The notes: generated from the letters alone by a model not told the origin. A stretch of DNA of 64,000 nucleotides from Candidatus Omnitrophota bacterium (GCA_043826565.1 JBDRPX010000030.1:21660-85659), one strand, 5' to 3'. Shown: positions 17,877-27,742, counted from the stretch's first letter. Numbers and translations are program-made.

Positions 17877-19328
17877 TTAGTGCTGCACCCCTTCACTGCG
17901 TACAGCTTTAAATAAACTTACCCATAAAATTTTTAAATCAAACAAAAATGACCTTTGCAGCAAATAGTAGTCATCATATTCCACTTTAACAGGAATCGGC
18001 AATTCATCCCTGCCGTTTACCTGCGCCCATCCGGTAAGTCCGGGAATAATTTTATGCACACCCTTTTTTGTCCTCAGCGCAACTAAATCATCCTGATTAA
18101 ATAATGCCGGCCGCGGCCCGACAAAAGACATGTCGCCTTTTAAAATATTAAAAACCTGCGGCAATTCATCCAGGCTTGTCCTTCTTAAAAATTTCCCTAT
18201 GGGAGTTAAAAATTGATCCGGATTTTTCATAAGATGTGTTGCCAACTGCGGAGAATTTAAACACATAGTCCTGAACTTATACATATCAAAAATAGTATTA
18301 TTAATTCCCACTCTTTCGGAAACATGAAATACCGGCCCCTTAGAAGCAATATTTATTAAAAAAGAAATAATAAGCATCGGAATACTCAGAATAATCATCG
18401 CGATAATTGCCGAGATTACATCGAATATTCTTTTAAAGAATTCATAAACTTTTAGACTCTTTGCTCTCTTGTAAAGCTTTACTTCTTGCCTAATCCCTTC
18501 CTGAAATGAAAGCGGTGAAAAGTTAAACATACCCGTAGCTGCTGAATAATCAATTTGCTTATCTTCATTCAAACGCATAATCTGTTCACTCTTTATAAAC
18601 GGTTTTGCTTTTAACATTTCCAATGCCTTAATCCCTAACAGTGATAATCCTACAGGCACATGGACTTTCATTACTTTTCTATTTAAGGCGCCGGAGGTAA
18701 TATCAACAATATCGTTAAAAGTATACGCCGATCCTCCGCTAATATTAAATTCTTTATTTATCGTATCTTTACTGGTTAAGGCATCCACTGTCGCCTTCGC
18801 CACATCATCAACAAAGACCGGCTGCTGCAGATATTCTCCGGAGCCGATAACCGGAAAAACCGGGAAACGATCTAAAAAACGAATTAATCTGATCATGTTC
18901 CGATCATCCAAAGCACCATAGATCATAGTTGGCCTCAAAATTGTCCATTCGAGCCGTGAGCCTTTAATACACTCTTCTGCTTGCTTGCGAATGGCTTTTG
19001 AATCCGCATTTAATCCTGTAAATATGGCGGTTGTGCTAATAAACACAGCGCGCTTAATCCCCGCATCTTCAGCTGCGTGCACAATCTCAGCAGCATGCCC
19101 AAAGCCTAAAGAAGCAAGATTCAGCAGCATATCACAACCGGACATTGCTGTTTCAAGGCTTTGCTTATCAGCTAAATCTCCATACGCTACTTCATAACCT
19201 AATTCTTTTATCTGGCTGATATCGCTAGTCGGTCTTACAAAGCAGCGCACACTGCCCTTACTACTAAGTAATGGCAATACTCTGCGTCCGGTAAATCCCG
19301 TAGCTCCGGTTACTAATATATTTATCAC
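17877..19328 (-). CDS. Fusion protein: N-terminal NAD-dependent epimerase/dehydratase (SDR) domain plus C-terminal polyprenyl-phosphate sugar phosphotransferase (Bac_transf, WbaP/WcaJ-like initiating transferase)
   Basis: N-terminus MINILVTGATGFTGRRV (Rossmann GxxGxxG). C-terminal ~200 aa FKRIFDVISAIIAMIILSIPMLIISFLI...GPVFHVSERVG...YKFRTM...DELPQVFNILKGDMSFVGPRP are the diagnostic Bac_transf motifs. Confidence 0.7.
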   Translation of the reverse strand: MINILVTGATGFTGRRVLPLLSSKGSVRCFVRPTSDISQIKELGYEVAYGDLADKQSLETAMSGCDMLLNLASLGFGHAAEIVHAAEDAGIKRAVFISTTAIFTGLNADSKAIRKQAEECIKGSRLEWTILRPTMIYGALDDRNMIRLIRFLDRFPVFPVIGSGEYLQQPVFVDDVAKATVDALTSKDTINKEFNISGGSAYTFNDIVDITSGALNRKVMKVHVPVGLSLLGIKALEMLKAKPFIKSEQIMRLNEDKQIDYSAATGMFNFSPLSFQEGIRQEVKLYKRAKSLKVYEFFKRIFDVISAIIAMIILSIPMLIISFLINIASKGPVFHVSERVGINNTIFDMYKFRTMCLNSPQLATHLMKNPDQFLTPIGKFLRRTSLDELPQVFNILKGDMSFVGPRPALFNQDDLVALRTKKGVHKIIPGLTGWAQVNGRDELPIPVKVEYDDYYLLQRSFLFDLKILWVSLFKAVRSEGVQH

Positions 19329-19333
19329 TAAAT

Positions 19334-22081
19334 TTAACCTCTACCTGTTTCAGGCACATTGACTGCGGTCACAGCACGCTGTGACCCTACTTTTTGTAAT
19401 AACTGTAAATATTTCAATGCCAATTTTTTTCTATCGTAATTTTTAGCCACAAATGACCTGGCCCTACTTCCCATTGCCTGACACTGCTTGGGATTATTTT
19501 TCAAACCCCGGATACTTTTTATCATTTCCTTGGTGTCTTCCGGAGCAACAATCGAAGCGCCCCCGGATTCCTTAAGAATACCTGCAGATTCACCGCGCAG
19601 ACAAGCAACAATAGGTTTTTCACAAGCCATTATTTCAAAAATCTTAGACGGAATAAATGCACTAAATCCCGGCACATCCTTCAAAGGCACAAGACAAACA
19701 TCAGATAAATTATAAAAATTAATAACCTTTTCTCGGGGCTGGCTAGGAATAAAACTAACATTATTTATATTCCTATCTTTTACTCTTTTTACCAATCTCT
19801 GTTTAACTGCACCTTCTCCGACAAAAAGAAAATGCATATCTTCTTCCTTCTGCAATTCTTCGGCCGCATCAATAACACTGTATAACCCATGAGAAATCCC
19901 ATGCGACCCAATATAGGAAACAATAAATCTATTTTTTGGAATGCCTAGTTCAGAGCGTAAAGACGTCTCCCCATTGCCCGACTTAAACATTTGAAGATCT
20001 ACCCCATTAGTAATTACACACACTTTATTTTCCGGAATTCCTCTTTTTATAATATCCTGGGCAAAGCCATTTGTTACCGGAACAACTGCAGCTGATGCCC
20101 GATACAAAAATAATTCCATGGCTTTCAGCACCCAAATTAAAAACTTATTTTTCAAAACGCCTAATTCAATGAATATTCCCGGCCAAAGATCCCTAACTTC
20201 AAAAACATAAGGAACCCTGCGCAATCGGGAAATTATAAAGGTACTGATAACAGAGAAAAATGCCGGAGAGCTCACCATCAACACATCTGGTTTCTTCCCG
20301 CGAAAAAGACTTAGCACAACAACACTAATCATAAATGAAATATGCAAAAGTGTTCTTTTAAAAAGCCCTCTATTCGGTGTATCAAAAAGCCAGTGCCTCC
20401 ACACCTTAATTCCATCAATCCATTCTTCCATGAATATCTTCCCGCGATATTCTGCAGGAATAACCCCTGTTGGATGATTGGGAAACCCGGTAAGCACGGT
20501 TACTTCATGCCCCTGACTAACCCATTCCTTAGCCATTTCTAAAAGCCTGGCCTGTGGCGCCCCAATCTCCGGATAAAAATATTGGCATATTACATTAATT
20601 TTCAATGACTTACTTTCACTCTCTTTGCTTTTACCCTTAACCGTAAATCTGGCTCTCACCAAGCTGAAAAACATTACTACCCTCTTTATCAGCACCCCAT
20701 CCTTAATCGCCTTAATAACCCATTCCTTAAAAAACATCGGATTAATAAAAAAACATTTTCCAAATCGTGCCTGGAATTTCTTATTTACAAAAAATGAAGA
20801 AAGATAATAGTAAGCATTAAGGATATCCTTCTGCTGCATTTTGTCAGTTATCATAACCGGCTGATAATTATCCATATATGTCGGAGATGTAACATACCGC
20901 GACCAGTCGGTTATCTTTAAATACCCTTTTTCCTTGGCAATCCGGTAAAGCTCAGTCCCGGGAAACGGGCAAGCAATGGAGATCATTACATCCTGCCCAA
21001 TATCTTTTAATAGTTGCGCTGTTTTCTTTACAGAATTTATATCTTCTCCTAAATTCCCCACCATTGTAAATGTCCCGATTTGAATCCCTATTTTTCTTGC
21101 TAATGTATGCACAGCAACTATCTGTTCATCGGTAATTCCTTTTTTAAGCTGCTTGCGCACCTGAGCATCTCCTGACTCCACGCCCACATCAATACGTATG
21201 CATCCGCTTTGTTTCATTACTCGTAGCATTTCTTCATCAATTGTATTTACCCGGGCATTGGCCATCCATTTATACTCTACGTCAGATTCTTTAAGCAAAG
21301 AACATAGTTCCAGAACCCGATCTTTTTTAAGCGTAATCATATCATCTACAAAATCAAACTGGGTCATCCCATAAGTTTTATTTAAAAACTCAATTTCTGA
21401 GAATATATTTTTAGCACTCCGGGCGCGAAAAATCCTCCCAAAGATTGTATGCGAATCGCAAAAAATACATTGGTTAGGACACCCCCGGCTGGAAAGCAAT
21501 GCAAAAGTATGTCCCTGCGCTACAGAAAATACCGAGTATTTATTAACATCTATCAGATCCCATGCGGGAAAGGGAAGTGTGTTAATATCCTCAATCAATG
21601 CGCGCGGCTGAGTAGTAACAAAAACTCCAGCACTATCGGAAAAACAAATCCCCTTTATCTTACTAAAATCATTTTCCCCTTTACTGTAAGCTTTAAGCAG
21701 CTCCAGTAAAGTCAGCTCCCCTTCTCCGATAATCGCACAATCTATATCTGCACATTCCTCTAATGTTTCTTTAGGCAATGCCGAAACATGCGGACCGCCG
21801 ACAAATACAGGAGTCACAAAAGAACACTCTTTTATTAACTCAGCTAAACGTAAACACTCTGTATACTGGTTAGTCATAAATGATATGCCCACAGCCAAAG
21901 GCGTATATTTATCCATAAGCCCACGGATTTCTTCCTCTGTATGCGGGGCAGCATTTAAATCAACAATAACCGGATCAAATCCTTCCTGCCTTATATAAGC
22001 AGCAAGATACGCCAACCCCAGCGGGGGATTCTTCCGCGGATATGTATATTTCGGATAAAAAAGCAATACTGTTTTAGTCAT
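19334..22081 (-). CDS. Fusion protein: B12-binding radical SAM domain (N-terminal) plus GT4 glycosyltransferase (C-terminal)
   Basis: B12-binding region (LGLAYLAAYIRQEGFDPVIVDLN) and radical SAM CxxxCxxC (SRGCPNQCIFCD). After ~residue 490 comes a GT4 domain (INVICQYFYPEIGAPQARLLEMAKEW...HEVTVLTG...). The start is placed at ATG 22079-22081 (AGGA 6 nt upstream) rather than the GTG at 22105 used by the ORF track. Confidence 0.7.
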   Translation of the reverse strand: MTKTVLLFYPKYTYPRKNPPLGLAYLAAYIRQEGFDPVIVDLNAAPHTEEEIRGLMDKYTPLAVGISFMTNQYTECLRLAELIKECSFVTPVFVGGPHVSALPKETLEECADIDCAIIGEGELTLLELLKAYSKGENDFSKIKGICFSDSAGVFVTTQPRALIEDINTLPFPAWDLIDVNKYSVFSVAQGHTFALLSSRGCPNQCIFCDSHTIFGRIFRARSAKNIFSEIEFLNKTYGMTQFDFVDDMITLKKDRVLELCSLLKESDVEYKWMANARVNTIDEEMLRVMKQSGCIRIDVGVESGDAQVRKQLKKGITDEQIVAVHTLARKIGIQIGTFTMVGNLGEDINSVKKTAQLLKDIGQDVMISIACPFPGTELYRIAKEKGYLKITDWSRYVTSPTYMDNYQPVMITDKMQQKDILNAYYYLSSFFVNKKFQARFGKCFFINPMFFKEWVIKAIKDGVLIKRVVMFFSLVRARFTVKGKSKESESKSLKINVICQYFYPEIGAPQARLLEMAKEWVSQGHEVTVLTGFPNHPTGVIPAEYRGKIFMEEWIDGIKVWRHWLFDTPNRGLFKRTLLHISFMISVVVLSLFRGKKPDVLMVSSPAFFSVISTFIISRLRRVPYVFEVRDLWPGIFIELGVLKNKFLIWVLKAMELFLYRASAAVVPVTNGFAQDIIKRGIPENKVCVITNGVDLQMFKSGNGETSLRSELGIPKNRFIVSYIGSHGISHGLYSVIDAAEELQKEEDMHFLFVGEGAVKQRLVKRVKDRNINNVSFIPSQPREKVINFYNLSDVCLVPLKDVPGFSAFIPSKIFEIMACEKPIVACLRGESAGILKESGGASIVAPEDTKEMIKSIRGLKNNPKQCQAMGSRARSFVAKNYDRKKLALKYLQLLQKVGSQRAVTAVNVPETGRG

Positions 22082-22121
22082 AATTATCCTCAGGATACAA
22101 AACACAAAAATCTAATAAATT

Positions 22122-22229
22122 GGACAAAATTTCTCTTTTCGCGGCGCTTTCGAGCGTGATTTCGTCACGATGACGAAATAGTGAGAACGCGCGGCCGCAG
22201 CGGACTTAGCGTAAAGATGTGTTTTTGCC
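22122..22229. repeat. Copy 2 of the conserved structured intergenic element, ~40 nt upstream of the radical SAM::GT4 gene
   Basis: GGACAAAATttctcttttcgcGGCGCTTTCGAGCG-[hairpin TTTCGTCACGATGACGAAA]-TAGTGAGAACGCGCGGCCGC-AGCGGACTTAGC...GTGTTTTTGCC. It lacks the second hairpin of copies 1 and 3. The first hairpin has a different sequence but keeps its pairing. Confidence 0.5.
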
Positions 22230-22269
22230 CAATTTAACATAACCACTTTTGTCTTGTCTCTCATGTTTT

Positions 22270-23265
22270 TTAAAAATGCCTCAATTTAAAGTAAGCTTTC
22301 CAAACCTGTGAAACTGCTCTTTTCCAAAAAGAATTAAGATACCCTTGCCATTTTTTATGATAATCCAAGAAAAATGTTTTCCCGGTCAAGTTGTAACACG
22401 CCTGCATCTGCACAGCATGAAGATTTTGATAGTATAAACTAGTCGGCATTACCGGCTGTTTTTTATCATACCCCTGCGGCCAGTCATAGGTAGTCCAAAA
22501 ACCCAAATCATAGTTTTTAAGATTATGCTCCAATGTCTTTAAACACTCTTTGTATATTTTATGTGCCTGCTTATCATTAAAATAAACCGCATAATCACGA
22601 ACGCCCCATAGCGCCCAGATAAAACCGTTCAATACATGGTTAGGAGAATTAACAATATACTCTTCCAGCCATAAAAACCCATCCTGAGCATCTAAAACTC
22701 CGCCTTCATGCTCTCGCGCTAAAAAATTAAAAGACTTAAATCCTTTATGTGCTCGCTGGGCATACTCATTATCACCGGTTAATTTATGCGCCCGAATCAA
22801 AACAGATAATGCCTGCCCCTGGGCAAGCGCCGAACGCCACGGCGCAGAGAGATTATCCCTCATTTCAAAGGGGAAGTTATATTCCCATAGTAAAACATCG
22901 TCACGTACCATGCGCCCGAATTTCCGAAAATAATTTGCCTGCCGCAGGAAAGCGTTTTTATCTTCTTCGGCATTACTCCTTAGATACTTATCATAATATC
23001 CCAGTGCCTGCTGCGCTATGGCATTAGGATTATACTGAAATCCAATCTTTCCGTAGTAATTCAGCATTATTACTCCATCTTCATCTTTATAGTTGTCATA
23101 CCATGTCTTAGAAAGAAAATTCATCGGATAAAGATTAACTCCTTTAATATCTTCTTCCTCAGGCTTATTCAAAAAAAGAGGCGTATGCCAAAAAGACAGA
23201 TTCGAATTCTTTTTATTTAAAATATATGAATTAAATATGCGTAATAAATAATTACTTCTTTTCAT
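22270..23265 (-). CDS. D-glucuronyl C5-epimerase-family protein (C-terminal domain homologue)
   Basis: PWRSALAQGQALSVLIRAH, HVLNGFIWALWGVRDY, YDLGFWTTYDW align by memory with conserved blocks of the animal and bacterial D-glucuronyl C5-epimerase C-terminal domain (WWSS.SQGQAISVL..; FVLNGF.YSLIGLYDL; YDTGSG.IYDL). Confidence 0.55.
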   Translation of the reverse strand: MKRSNYLLRIFNSYILNKKNSNLSFWHTPLFLNKPEEEDIKGVNLYPMNFLSKTWYDNYKDEDGVIMLNYYGKIGFQYNPNAIAQQALGYYDKYLRSNAEEDKNAFLRQANYFRKFGRMVRDDVLLWEYNFPFEMRDNLSAPWRSALAQGQALSVLIRAHKLTGDNEYAQRAHKGFKSFNFLAREHEGGVLDAQDGFLWLEEYIVNSPNHVLNGFIWALWGVRDYAVYFNDKQAHKIYKECLKTLEHNLKNYDLGFWTTYDWPQGYDKKQPVMPTSLYYQNLHAVQMQACYNLTGKTFFLDYHKKWQGYLNSFWKRAVSQVWKAYFKLRHF

Positions 23266-23307
23266 CTATTATCCTGTCTCGGGCCGGCACAAGGACGGCC
23301 CCTACAT

Positions 23308-25212
23308 TTAAAATAATTCGCTAACTCTGATCCTTTGTATCGTCTGATCACCTTTTATTGATAAAGGCGTAAAAAACAAACAATCTGTTTTATTTGTTCC
23401 TTTAGGAAAAAGCACCTGCCCCACCTGGAAAGATTTAATCGGCAGATAGTCTTTTTTGAACCCCGCGACAAACTGCCAGTTATCACCGTCCCGCGTTCCC
23501 CAGATAGAAGCACACGAAGATTTATTGACTTTGCTCGGCTCAACCGCGGTGGAAAAAAACAGCCATTTCCCAACCGCACACCACCAGTAAACAGAAGCAT
23601 TAACCGAAAAAATATTTTCCGTTTTCCCGGTTGCCTTATTTAAGCGAAAAATATTATTCCTTTCAAACGGAGTATCAGTCCCAAAATAAATATATTCTTT
23701 AGTAAACATCAGCTGTAAGGCACGGCTCTGCTGCCGCCCTCCCATAACCTGTTTTAACGTTTTAAACCCGTCTTCAGTAACCCATATTCCTGATTCCTTG
23801 TCATCATCTCCTGTCGTAATCCAAATCTTATTTTCCTCAGGATCGCAAAAAACTCCGTGAACATGACGAACCTGATTTTTCTTAAAAGTATAGATTTTCC
23901 CCCAGGATTGCGCATTATCAAAAGAAACATAAATACTAACTTCTTCTCTGCCCGGATTACGAAAATATTCCCCCCAAAAAAATGCTCCTTCATTGTTTTG
24001 GCTCATAACCAGCGGCCGGGAGCCTCTCTTTATCCCGAAACTTTTTTTAATCTTTCCTCCTGGCAAAGTAGTATAAATAGCTTTTCCTCCGACTACCGCC
24101 ATTTGTCCGTTCTTCATCATCGACAGATGATGAATGCCCTTCCGGGTCAAGCGGGAATACAAACGCGAATAAACCTGCTGATTTGAAGGCAATACTACTG
24201 GTAAATCCTCCCAGATATGTCCGCAATCACGGCTCATTGCCAGGCGATTCTCAATCTGCGCATACAGGATATCTCCGTCGACAGTTAAAACTCTACTTCT
24301 TTCTTTTACCACTGTTTCCGGGTTCACAGGAAATCCACTCAGGAATTTTCGGCCGTTTAGATTAGCCTTAGCACAGGTTTTATCTTTTTCCGCCATTAGC
24401 TGATAAGATACTGATAACGTCAATGCTTTACAGAAAAAAGTATCTGTTGCTAAAACCACCTTTTCCGAAAAATGCTTCCAAGCAACAGGGGGTAATGCAT
24501 ATCCTCCTTTTAAAGAATGGATATTAAAATCCAGCTGCTCTAAATACTGAACAACCACATGCGGAGAAATATCTTCCCCCCTACGAAACACTCGGTTATA
24601 GCAATGCAAAGGGTTGGTTTCCTGCATTACCAACCGGCCGCCGGGCCTTAAAACATCATTTATCAGTTTAAACATTTTTTCTGCACCCGGCATATCATTA
24701 AAGGAAAAAAGAAAATTGATTGCATCGAACTTACCCCATTTTTCCAGTTCAACCGCACAAACATCATCACAAATTAAAGTAATATCCAACTTTCTTCCGG
24801 TAAGGCCTTCATAAAACCTTTTTCTCTGCTTTACAAAATCACAAACATCTTCTCTTATATCACAGCCAACAACTTCCGCTCCAAGCATAGCCATTAACAA
24901 AAGCTGGTTTCCACATCCTGACCCTATTTCCAGAATACGCGGCCGCTTTCCTTCTATTCCCATCATAAAATTTATTGCTTGGTTAAGATTATATCCAAAA
25001 TGGCGCAGAAAAAAATTCCTTTGATCATCATCAAAATATTTACCGTAATAATTGCGCCGATCTTTTAAAAGTAATTTTTCCCTTTCCGGATATCCGGCTT
25101 CGGATAGTTCCAACAGCAAATTTGCATACCATTTACTCATACTCTGCGCAGTTAACGGCAGATCCTTTTTATCGGGCAAATAATACTGTGTTTGTTCTGT
25201 ACTCAACATCAT
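23308..25212 (-). CDS. Class I SAM-dependent methyltransferase fused to an uncharacterised C-terminal ~330 aa beta-rich domain
   Basis: The SAM-binding motif ILEIGSGCGNQLLLMAMLGAEVVGCD and downstream acidic/hydrophobic motifs match Methyltransf_11/23. The C-terminal half (…HVHGVFCDPEENKIWITTGDDDKESGIWVTEDG…) has no motif I recognise; it may be a propeller or sialidase-like fold. Confidence 0.5.
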   Translation of the reverse strand: MMLSTEQTQYYLPDKKDLPLTAQSMSKWYANLLLELSEAGYPEREKLLLKDRRNYYGKYFDDDQRNFFLRHFGYNLNQAINFMMGIEGKRPRILEIGSGCGNQLLLMAMLGAEVVGCDIREDVCDFVKQRKRFYEGLTGRKLDITLICDDVCAVELEKWGKFDAINFLFSFNDMPGAEKMFKLINDVLRPGGRLVMQETNPLHCYNRVFRRGEDISPHVVVQYLEQLDFNIHSLKGGYALPPVAWKHFSEKVVLATDTFFCKALTLSVSYQLMAEKDKTCAKANLNGRKFLSGFPVNPETVVKERSRVLTVDGDILYAQIENRLAMSRDCGHIWEDLPVVLPSNQQVYSRLYSRLTRKGIHHLSMMKNGQMAVVGGKAIYTTLPGGKIKKSFGIKRGSRPLVMSQNNEGAFFWGEYFRNPGREEVSIYVSFDNAQSWGKIYTFKKNQVRHVHGVFCDPEENKIWITTGDDDKESGIWVTEDGFKTLKQVMGGRQQSRALQLMFTKEYIYFGTDTPFERNNIFRLNKATGKTENIFSVNASVYWWCAVGKWLFFSTAVEPSKVNKSSCASIWGTRDGDNWQFVAGFKKDYLPIKSFQVGQVLFPKGTNKTDCLFFTPLSIKGDQTIQRIRVSELF

Positions 25213-25214
25213 AA

Positions 25215-26630
25215 TTAATAACCTATAGCGTTGTCTTTTGCTTTTGTCTTGAGTCTATTTATTATCCACTGCTTCTTCCCCCCTTTTTCCGCGGGGATGG
25301 AATCCACATATTCGTATTTTATTGAAAGCGGAGCTATTCTTTTACGTAATTCCTCAATCAAACATTCCCGATCACTGTCCTTAAACTCATCCTTTACAAC
25401 TAATTTTAAATTCACTGAATCCATAGCCTCCTGAATTAATTGTGATTCTAAAATATTCTCAGCATGAAAAGCTGTACTTAAAGCCGCACTCCCCACAGTC
25501 ATGCCATTAGGCAAAGTCAGAAACGACATTTTTCTGCCTTCTAAAGATTTAAGTATCGGTAAAGTACGGCCGCACGGGCAGTTTTTATCCTCCTGGGGAT
25601 AAGCCGCAATATCTCCGGTGCGATAGCGCACAAACGGCATTCCATAATTAAGAAGCCCGGTACAAACCATTTCTCCTGATTGGCCTCGAGGCACGGGAGC
25701 CCCCTGAGAATCAACAATTTCAATTATGCCAACCTCCGGACTTAGATGAAGACTGCCATGTTCACACTCATTCACTGTTGCTACCCATTCTACGCTACCA
25801 TAATGATTAAACACCTTAACCCCGAATCCCTGCTCAAGTGTTTCCCTTGCCTGGGGTTTTAGATATTCTGAACAAGAAATTACGCTTTTTAATGACGGTA
25901 TCTTTTGTTGAGTATCAGCTAAATATTTTGCCATTGGATATAATGATCCGGGGTATCCGATTATATATCGCGGCTTAAACCTCATTAGTTCTTCAAAATA
26001 AAAATCCATATTGATTTGGCTTAAATGATAGCTGGACATATATAATTGCTTTTCCGCAAAATTATAGCGCCAAAAAGGCGGCTTTGTCTGCGCCACCGGA
26101 ACTAATACCTTACCGGTAAAATTCGCCCTGCGGTCATTAATACTTACTCCTGCAGAAGCCCGCATCCGCGTCTCATATAAAGCATATATCCATGTGTAAA
26201 AATCTTTTGTCCAATAAACAGTCAGCGGCGATCCGGAAGTACCACTGGTTTGCTCGGCTATTAAATCCGATTTGGGGATATTTTTGCTTACAAACTGCTG
26301 GGAATTTCCCAATACATCTTTCTTTTCCAGCAAGGGCAGTTTTTGCAAATCAGCTAATGATCTAATATCATTCGGGTTAAAATCCAGTTTTTTAAATAGC
26401 GCCTGGTAATAGGGAACATTCTTGCGGCAATGCCTTAACATATCACGCAATAACCGCAATTGCTGTTTCTGGTATGACTCTTTAGAAGCACACTCATTAG
26501 CTTTTAGCATATACGAATACCTCTGCTGAGAGCTGTTATAGCGCTTGTCTCGAAGATGATAACCGTATAAACTAAACAGCACATTCTGCAGCCAAACCGG
26601 CAATAGATCATATACTTTAGCTATCTTCAT
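25215..26630 (-). CDS. CapK/PaaK-like adenylate-forming enzyme (phenylacetate-CoA ligase family; coenzyme F390 synthetase-like)
   Basis: The AMP-binding P-loop TSGTSGSPLTVYW and the overall length (471 aa) and organisation are typical of CapK-type proteins of capsule loci. Confidence 0.6.
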   Translation of the reverse strand: MKIAKVYDLLPVWLQNVLFSLYGYHLRDKRYNSSQQRYSYMLKANECASKESYQKQQLRLLRDMLRHCRKNVPYYQALFKKLDFNPNDIRSLADLQKLPLLEKKDVLGNSQQFVSKNIPKSDLIAEQTSGTSGSPLTVYWTKDFYTWIYALYETRMRASAGVSINDRRANFTGKVLVPVAQTKPPFWRYNFAEKQLYMSSYHLSQINMDFYFEELMRFKPRYIIGYPGSLYPMAKYLADTQQKIPSLKSVISCSEYLKPQARETLEQGFGVKVFNHYGSVEWVATVNECEHGSLHLSPEVGIIEIVDSQGAPVPRGQSGEMVCTGLLNYGMPFVRYRTGDIAAYPQEDKNCPCGRTLPILKSLEGRKMSFLTLPNGMTVGSAALSTAFHAENILESQLIQEAMDSVNLKLVVKDEFKDSDRECLIEELRKRIAPLSIKYEYVDSIPAEKGGKKQWIINRLKTKAKDNAIGY

Positions 26631-27742
26631 TTTAACTCAGCGCACTCCTTATTTTTAGAGTTACGTGATAAACTTTCATAATTCTCTGCCACTGTCCGGC
26701 TAAATGTTTCCCATCGAAAAATCTCTTTACCCGAATTATTATCAATTCCACCAAAACACCTCAAAGCTTCTTTAGTTTTTTCCATAAACTCTGCCTGGGT
26801 ACACCCGGGATCAAGCACAAAACCATTTTGATTATCAACAATTATGGACTTTGCAATCCCCACATCAGTAGTCACAACCGGAACATTCATACAAAAAGCT
26901 TCTGCAATACAACAACCAAACGTTTCTGAAGTAGAAGAAGATACCGAAAGATTAGCATTGCTTAATATATTATGCACATCATCCCTATCTATATTCCCGG
27001 TAAACACAACATTCTTTCTCAACCCAAGTTTCACAGCAAGTTTCATTATCTTTTCCCGAAGAGGCCCTTCCCCGATTAATACCAAATATGTATTGTCCTT
27101 TAAAATAGATTCTAGGGAATGCAATAAAAAATCATGCCGCTTCCATGGCTGAAAACGGGCTGTATAAACAATTATCGTAGCCGCGTTTTCACTTAAAATC
27201 TCTTGGCCTTCAACATCTTTGATAATCCCCTTTGCCCCGGAATCGCTCATAAACAATTCCTCTATCCCCAAAGGAAACACACATGTATTATCAGGGAGAT
27301 CTTTAAACCAAAAGTATTCCTCCCTGCTTTTTGAACACAAAAAATGCCACATATCAACACGCGAATAAAAAAACATGTAGCTAATTAGCGCAACCCACCG
27401 GGCATACCAAAGAGCATTACGAAAACAATGCACACTCATCAATATCTTATCAATGGGCCTCGCAATACTAATTGCTTTGCGAAGATGCGAAAATCCCTGA
27501 CAATGGAATACAACAGGACTATCCTCTCCCTGCCTATTTACAAAATCTTTCAACTCTAAAACATCAATACACTCTATATTGTTTTCATGAAACTTATCCA
27601 GAAACCAGTTATTTAATTCTGTCTTTCGATCATATATGATCGAAACATCAGAGAAGCGGGCCGCAGCAATCGCCATATTGCCAATAGGATTTGTTACCCC
27701 TACTCTTTTAACATATGCAAAAAATAGTATTTTTATTTTCAT
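26627..27742 (-). CDS. GT4 glycosyltransferase
   Basis: C-terminal GT4 signature ETFGCCIAEAFCMNVPVVTTDVGIAKSIIVDNQNGFVLDP (E-x7-E region). Confidence 0.7.
   Translation of the reverse strand: MKIKILFFAYVKRVGVTNPIGNMAIAAARFSDVSIIYDRKTELNNWFLDKFHENNIECIDVLELKDFVNRQGEDSPVVFHCQGFSHLRKAISIARPIDKILMSVHCFRNALWYARWVALISYMFFYSRVDMWHFLCSKSREEYFWFKDLPDNTCVFPLGIEELFMSDSGAKGIIKDVEGQEILSENAATIIVYTARFQPWKRHDFLLHSLESILKDNTYLVLIGEGPLREKIMKLAVKLGLRKNVVFTGNIDRDDVHNILSNANLSVSSSTSETFGCCIAEAFCMNVPVVTTDVGIAKSIIVDNQNGFVLDPGCTQAEFMEKTKEALRCFGGIDNNSGKEIFRWETFSRTVAENYESLSRNSKNKECAELK

Noticed and set aside
22082-22105. GTG start at 22105 for the radical SAM::GT4 fusion, as used by the ORF track
   Set aside because: An in-frame ATG at 22079-22081 has a well-spaced AGGA RBS and begins the conserved B12-domain N-terminus (MTKTVLLFYP). 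The 8 extra residues are unsupported.
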